Assembly: GCA_965215195.1 (NCBI GenBank)
Contig: CBDCDC010000001.1
Location: forward strand, 192,001-256,000
Direction of reading: 5' to 3'
Length of the DNA stretch: 64,000 bases
Origin: Candidatus Latescibacterota bacterium
GTDB lineage: Bacteria > Latescibacterota > UBA2968 > UBA8231
Shown here: positions 57,872-64,000 of the stretch, piece after piece
How the letters are laid out: each line of letters begins with the position of its first letter
Position numbering within the stretch: position 1 is the first letter of the stretch
The notes under the pieces: model-generated
Told to the model about the DNA's origin: nothing
The model's input: only the letters and a program-made list of their open reading frames with translations
Database searches by the model: none
Made by a program: the position numbers and the translations under genes

Positions 57872-58940
57872 ATTTGTGCGCGCGCCACAGTAGCACCAAG
57901 GCCAAGGCGGCAAACAGCAGGTTGGCTATCCACGCACCCAGCCAAGGCGCGAGCAACTGATTCCAACCGAGGGCTTGGCCGGCCTTGACGCAACTGTAAT
58001 AAGCAAAGCAGAGCAGGACCCCCAAGCCGAAGCGATTGGCCAAGCCGGCGCGGCGAGCGTTGGCGCCGAGGGTCGCGCCGAGGGCAATGATGATAAAGCT
58101 GGTCAGGGGAAAGGATATTTTCAGGTGCAAATCGACGCGCTGGCGCGTGGCGTCCTCTCCGTTGAGCGTGGCGCGGGCGATGTAGTCGGCCAGCTCGGCG
58201 TAGTTCATTTCCTCGGGGTCCTTCTGCTGGCGGGCAAAGTCGCTGGGGAGCAACGACACGCTCGGCAGGGATAGGGTATCAAAGGAAGAAGTCGCCACGG
58301 CTTCGCCCGCGGCAAAGCGAAAGCGGCGGCCTTCGCAGAGCACCCAAGTGCCCTCGCGCCATTCCATGCGCCGGGCCACCGCGCGCTCCAGCGGAGTGTA
58401 CCCGTGCAGTCGCTCCCAAGACACTTCGTCGGCGCGTTGCCGCCCCGCATCGTAGCTGCGGGCGTACACGAACTGGTTGCCCGCGTCTTGGAGCAGGACT
58501 TGGCGGCGGGACCCGTCGCTGCGGTGATAGGACTTAATCTCGTCGCTGATTTGGTTGTACCGATAGGTGGCAGCCGGGACCACCCGGTCGGCAAAGAAAA
58601 AGGCCGCGACCGCAACGGCGAGGGCGCACGCCAAGACCGGGGCCAGCAGGCGATACAGGCCAATGCCGGTGGCCTTCATGGCGGTGATTTCGTTTTGGCG
58701 CGCCAAGCTGGTCAGGGCAAAGAGCGCGCCGAGGAGCGCGGCGATGGGCAGGGTCAGGATGAGCCAGTACGGCACCCGATAGACGTAGTAGAGTAAGATC
58801 TGCTCGGGGTGCGCCTCAAAGTCGATAAAGGTGTCGATGTTTTCAGTGAGGTCGATGATCACCGCAATGAGCAACAGGCTGATCACGGCGATTCCCAGAC
58901 ACAACAGGAAGCGGCGCGTCAGATAGAGATCGAGGACCCA
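57870..58940 (-). CDS. lptG: LPS export permease LptG (native start apparently lost at the junction with lptF)
   Basis: LDLYLTRRF, LPIAALLG, NEITAMKATG, PEEMN, KISFP, AWIAN. Confidence 0.85.
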   Translation of the reverse strand, partial: WVLDLYLTRRFLLCLGIAVISLLLIAVIIDLTENIDTFIDFEAHPEQILLYYVYRVPYWLILTLPIAALLGALFALTSLARQNEITAMKATGIGLYRLLAPVLACALAVAVAAFFFADRVVPAATYRYNQISDEIKSYHRSDGSRRQVLLQDAGNQFVYARSYDAGRQRADEVSWERLHGYTPLERAVARRMEWREGTWVLCEGRRFRFAAGEAVATSSFDTLSLPSVSLLPSDFARQQKDPEEMNYAELADYIARATLNGEDATRQRVDLHLKISFPLTSFIIIALGATLGANARRAGLANRFGLGVLLCFAYYSCVKAGQALGWNQLLAPWLGAWIANLLFAALALVLLWRAHK

Positions 58941-60008
58941 AGGGAGCACCGACCAGCGCGAAGATCAAGCAGGCGGCCGGGATGGATAGCTTCTTGTGAA
59001 TCTCGACCAAGTACTCGTTGATCCGCCCGACGCGGCGGTCTATGTGCCGCCACTGTCGGCGCAGGGCCTCGGCCGCCTGTTGCCCTTCTCGCTCTAGCTG
59101 TCTATCCGTGGGAGTCGGCGAGCTGATCTTGGTGAAGTTCGAGGTATGTGCGCGGCAATCGAATCGAGGCGGCCGTAGGCGCGCTCCATGCTCGCGGCGG
59201 CCCTCTAAGCACCAAGCGGCGCATGGCCGCGATGTTTAGCTCGCGGTCGCTGCGGTAAGACGAGGGGCGGCGCTCGTAGCGACGGCGCTCGTCCTTGATG
59301 TGCAGCACTTGGCGGGCAAAGGTGCCAAAGAAAAAGCGCTCCTCCAAGCCGGCTGCGACGCGCTGGACGTGGCCTTCCTCCAGCTCCAAGCGGATGTACG
59401 CGCCATCTCCCAACAGCGCGAGGCGGCCCCCTAGGGGCGTGGAGAATCACCGGCGGCCCGGGCGCGAGGCGTCGTAGAGCGCAATGCCGGCCAGCTCGTT
59501 ATTCGCCGGGTCGATTTTGCGGATGAGCAGGTGATAATCGCCCAAGTTGGGAATGAAGACCCCTTCCTTTTCCCGCAGCACCAAGGCGGCCTTCGTCCGC
59601 TGCAAGCTCGACGACAAGACGCGAGCTTGGTGGTTCCAGTCTGGGAGGATCTGGTCGTTAAAAAGGACCATCAGCAGGGTGAGCAGAAAAGCGGCTGCAA
59701 GCACCGGCCGCAAAAGCAGCCAAAAGCTCACCCCGCCAGGCTTTGCCGCGATGATTTCCCCGTCGGCCGCGAGGCGGCAAAGGCCATGAGCACGGCGATA
59801 AGCACGGCCATGGGCACGGCCAGCGCCACGATCCAAGCCAAGTTGAAGAGCAAAAGCTGGAGAGCGGCCAGCAGGGTCAGCCCTTGCTCAGCACTTGGTC
59901 CATCGTCTGCAATACCACGTCGATCAGCAGGATGAAGAGGATCAGCGCAAAGCCGAGCGCAAAGGGCCAGCCGTGCTCTTTGAGTACGTAGCGGGACAGG
60001 GTCGTCAT
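58936..60008 (-). pseudogene. lptF: LptF with several frameshifts and missing C-terminal helices (real lesion or consensus error)
   Basis: Pieces in different frames: LSRYVLKE, LAVPMAVL, DGEIIAAK, ND.ILP, VEIHKKLSIPAACLIFALVGAPLG, then directly into lptG. Confidence 0.75.
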
Positions 60009-60181
60009 GGGTCGAAAGGGATACGGGGCTGTGGTGCGCAGCACACAGAGCACCGCGCCGCAAGCGGCGAGCACCCGGACGGGCCACGGGCCTAGTGCCC
60101 TTAAATATAACGACTTAGGCCACTGTCTAAAAAAGCGCGCCCTCGCGCCGCGCAACGGGAACGATTTTTGCAAGGGCTTCC

Positions 60182-60210
60182 TTGAAATAATCGCAGCCAC
60201 ATGCTATGTT
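60182..60210 (+). promoter_or_regulatory. Extended -10 promoter upstream of sprA
   Basis: TTGAAA-17 bp-TATGTT with TG one base upstream of the -10. Confidence 0.5.
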
Positions 60211-60481
60211 TTCAGGTGGTTGCCCTGTCTGGGCAGCGTCCTCCTGTTCTTGGGTCTGGAGACCGCCTATCGCGTTTGGTTAATACAGAAGCCGCTCGGC
60301 GCATCGCTTTTGCTAGGCCGAGCCACAAGTTGAAGGCTTCTGAGTCGCTTCCGCTAAACCTCAATTGAAAAACCGCTCTCTTAATTGAGACTGCCGAGTA
60401 GCAAGCGAGCGTATCCGGCAATGGCTTGATGTTTGACGCCCATAGACTTGGGAGCACGTCAAACGATAGACGTCGATAGGT

Positions 60482-63400
60482 GTGAATTTAGAGGTGTTTC
60501 CCCGCTTTTCCGTCCAAGCGTTTTCCTCGTGGCTGTGCGTTTGCTTGCTCGCGGCGGTGGTACGCGCCGAAGCCTGGCCTGCACTTTGAGCCCCCTGTAC
60601 GGCCCGCTTGCCCAGCGCTTTGCAGCCCCTCGCCCAGCCGCCTTTGGGGCCGCCCCAACCGCTCTTGCCGGTCCCCAGCCGCGCGCCGATCTCGTACCAA
60701 GCCGCAGTGGACTCCGTCGGGGCATGGCCCACTACGGCCGCCGCGTCAGCGGGTTTGCCGAGGGACCAACGGTCGCCGTGGATCTAGACGACTATCTCCG
60801 CATGGAATACCAAGCCAAGCACCGGCAGCTTTGGCACCAGCAAGTCCGCCGCGACTTTCGCAGCACGGCCTCAGAACAGCGCCGGCGCAAGGGCAGCCGC
60901 TTCGAGTGGACCGTGCCCTTTTCCGCGCCCAAGCCCTCCGCATGGAATACCAAGCCAAGCACCGGCAGCTTTGGCACCAATGGCAAGAGCCGCTTTGAGT
61001 GGACCGTGCCCTTTCCGCGCCCAGCCCCTGCGGCGCTTTATTGGCGACGAAGGCCCCAGCCCTCCGGCTCAATGGCTCGCGCACCATCATCATTTCCGGG
61101 CAAGAGCGAGTGGACCGACGGCGAGGTGCAGACCTCGTTTGGACAAGCTCGAAGTTCCCCGCGCTGGGCATCGAACAGGAATCCGATTTCACGGTGGAAG
61201 GCAAAGTCGGCGAGCTGATCAGCATCCGCATCAACCAAGACACGCAAAACTTCGGCTCGGCCCTTAGCTCCAACTTGAGCGATCAGCTAGCCAACCAGAT
61301 CAAGCTCGACTACAAGGGCGAGGACGACTCCATATTCCAAGAGGTGCAGGCTGGCAATACCACCTTAGAGCTGCCCAACACCCGCTTCGTCGGCTTCCGG
61401 CAGAAAAACAAGGGCCTCTTCGGCATCCGCGCTAAGGGGCACGTCGGCCCACTGGCCTTTACGACCGTAGCCAGCCACGAAAAGAGCAAGTCCAATCGCC
61501 AGACCTTTAAGGGCGGAGCGGCCATCGACACGCTCCAGCTCGAAGACTACCGATACATCCGCAACACGTATTTCTTCTTGCACGAGTTCTATCGCACCCA
61601 CCTCCTCGATTTCCGCAGTCTGTTGGACGGAGCGCAGTTTGGCTCGGAGAACTTCGTCGATATCAGCCGCCTCGAAGTCTATATCAACGACTTCAATACG
61701 CGAAATGACGCCGAACTGTTCGCCAAGCCCGGCACGGCTTGGGTCGATCCGTCCGACTCCCTCTCCACCGTTGAGTGCTTTGACGCGGCCGGCAATCGCC
61801 GGCGCAACAGCGGCTGCTTTGAGGAGGGGACCTGGCATCGGCTCGACCCGGACGACGACTACGCGGTCGTGGCCGAGGCGGGTTATATCATCCTCAACAG
61901 ATCCGTATACGATTCTCATGCCATGGCCGTGCATTTCAAAACCCGCGCACCGGACTTCGACGGCACCCTCCAACACGAGACAGCTCGGCTCAACGCCAGC
62001 GCAGAATCCGACTCCCTGCACCTGAAGCTGATTAAAGCCCGCAACGCCCGCCCGGGTTTTCCCACTTGGAATCTAGAGTGGAAAAACGTGTACCGCATTG
62101 CCTCTGGGTTTTCCACCGGCCGCCGTTTCGACCCCAAGACCTTGCAGGTCGATATCGCCAAGGAAGTGCCCGGCCAAGAGGACCAACTTTCGCAAAAGGG
62201 CCGCTCCTACTTGCAGCTTCTGGGCTTGGACGAGCGCGGCAAAGACCCCGGCAGCGCACCCGACCGCGTCATCGACGCCGACTACATAGGGCTGGACGAC
62301 ATCCGCGGGCACTTGATTTTTCCCGACCAGCGGCCCTTTGATCCGCGTTCCAACAAATATCGCGGCCAGCTCGACGAACCCGTGCCGGCCATCTACGACG
62401 AGCAGCAGCAGCGCGCCCAGATCGAGGCCAGCCGCTACAAAATCCTCGTCCGCGCCGCCGCCTCGGAGCAGCGCATTCGGCTGGGCGGCATCTTCGGCAA
62501 CGTCCGGCCCGAGACCGTGGAAGTCCAGCTAAACGGCCGCCCCTTGGCGCGGGACACCGAGTACCGAGTCGATCCTTTCACGGGCAGCGTGACGTTTGTC
62601 GGCGCAGTCGCTCAGGAAGTGGCCGACCCGGGTGCCGACTTGGAAATCTCCTTTGAGTCCGAGGATGTCTTCAACATCGGCAGTCAGCAGAAGACCCTGT
62701 TGGGCCTGCGCACCGAGTACGAGTTCTGGGGGGGCGACGGGCGGGTGGGCAGCACCATGATCTACAACAACGAGCGTTCGAGCGACCGGCGGGTGCGGGT
62801 GGGCAACGAGCCCAAGCGCACGGTGATCTGGAACTTTGACTTGCGCGCCCGGCGCGAGGTGCCGGTCCTCACCCGCGTCGTCGATATGCTGCCGCTGGTC
62901 AAGACTGCGGTTCCCTCAGAAGTGACCTTAGACGCCGAAGTCGCGCAAAGCCGCCCCAATCTCAACACCAAGGGGCGCGGGTACATCGACGACTTTGAAG
63001 ACAGCGAGCGGCCCATTTCGCTGGTCGTCCACCGCACCCGCTGGGCACCGGCTAGCGCGCCGGCCAGCGCGCGCTTCGGCGTGGAAAATCGCGCCCACTT
63101 CATCTGGTACAATCCCTACGACGGGGTGCTGCGCACCGATATTTGGCCCAACCAAGAAGAGCAAATCGAAGCCCAAAACCGGCGCACCGACATCCTGTCG
63201 CTAGAGCTGACGCCGCGCCTCGAAGCGGCCGAGTCTTGGGGGGGAATCTCCCTCGCCTTATCAACCGTCAACGACTTCTCCGAGTCCAAGTTCCTAGAGA
63301 TCTGGGTCCGCGGACAGGAGGGCACCCTGCACGTGAACTTGGGCGACCAAATCAACGAGGACTACATCGCCAACGGCCGCCTCGACACCGAAGACGAGCC

Positions 63401-64000
63401 GTTCCCCGGGCAAGCCGCTGGCGACGGGTTGGTAGAGCCGAAGGAAGATGTGGGCATTGACGGCCGCAACGACGAGGCCGAGTTGAACTTCTACTTGCGC
63501 CTGCAAGACGCCGGGTTCGACACTACCCGCTCCCTAGCCGAGCGGAAGCAGGCCTTCGCCGCGCTTTACCCGGACCCCGACCCGCTGCGCCCCAACCGCT
63601 CGCCCGACGATCCCGAAGGGGACAACTGGAAATACGACCGCCAGCGCAACAAGAACGATTACAGCCATATCAACGGAACCGAGAACAACAAAAAAGACCT
63701 CGCAAGCAATGACCGCCCGGACACGGAAGACCTCAACGGCAACGGCGTACTCGACCGGCGCAACAATTACTACCACTACGAGATCGACCTGTCGTCGAGC
63801 CACTACGAGGTCGCCGGCACCCAAAACGAGGGCTGGCGCCAGGTGCGGGTGCCCTTGTTCGGCCCCCACGTCGAGCGCGTGGGCTTGCCCGACTCCACCC
63901 GCATTGAATACGTCCGCCTGATGCTTTCGAGCGGGCCGCGAGACCCGGTGCGGGCCGAGATCGCGCTCGTGGAAATCGTGGGCAACAAGTGGCAGGAAGA
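60482..64000 (+). CDS. sprA: T9SS outer-membrane translocon SprA/Sov (5' part has frameshifts; runs off the window)
   Basis: Signal-like N-terminus ...WLCVCLLAAVVRA. From about 61150 one long frame: VEGKVG...NQIKLDYKGEDDSIFQEVQAGN...KGLFGIR...TTVASHEK, KNVY, YIDDFE, INEDYIANG.LDTED, PDTEDLNGNG.LD, all characteristic SprA motifs. Confidence 0.85.
60796..61028 (+). repeat. Imperfect 140-bp-period tandem duplication inside the sprA 5' region
   Basis: ctccgcatggaataccaagccaagcaccggcagctttggcacca at 60796 and 60936; second copy internally deleted. Confidence 0.85.

Noticed and set aside
1-64000. Numerous overlapping and antisense ORFs in the track
   Set aside because: Shadows of GC-rich coding frames, with no motifs or RBS.
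1-64000. CRISPR array or integron attC array
   Set aside because: No regularly spaced short repeats; no cas or integrase genes seen.

Overview
GC-rich bacterial chromosomal window, probably from an FCB-group lineage such as Latescibacterota or Gemmatimonadota (inferred from the SprA gene and FlgD-Ig-tailed secreted proteins). The main blocks are: (1) two large secreted paralogs with TPNGDGxND C-terminal domains, a sulfatase, an epimerase and a GH4 hydrolase; (2) an IS/TA graveyard at 8-13.4 kb, with an IS4-family element nested in an IS5 and an IS630 splitting a DUF5615 PIN gene; (3) creatininase, PurF and a class III aminotransferase; (4) a YtrA-type GntR/ABC operon with two permeases carrying propeller-like extracellular domains; (5) tandem P-II genes; (6) a Dpp/Opp-type ABC operon whose permease-ATPase junction is duplicated and carries vapBC, a 12-kb integrase-free defence island (PLD-SNF2 helicase, type IIG-like m6A methyltransferase, HNH nuclease, DprA/SLOG-like protein, Gabija-like OLD+UvrD) and a DUF4258/DUF2283 pair; (7) PhyH, fbaB, tRNA-Asp, def, larE and an ATP-grasp-like gene; (8) a LysM amidase, selA and lptFG; (9) the 5' part of the T9SS translocon sprA. 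Across the window CCWGG is strongly depleted and replaced by its C-to-T products at synonymous positions. The 58.9-61.2 kb segment has dense indels that may be consensus errors. All calls come from reading motifs by eye; no searches were run.
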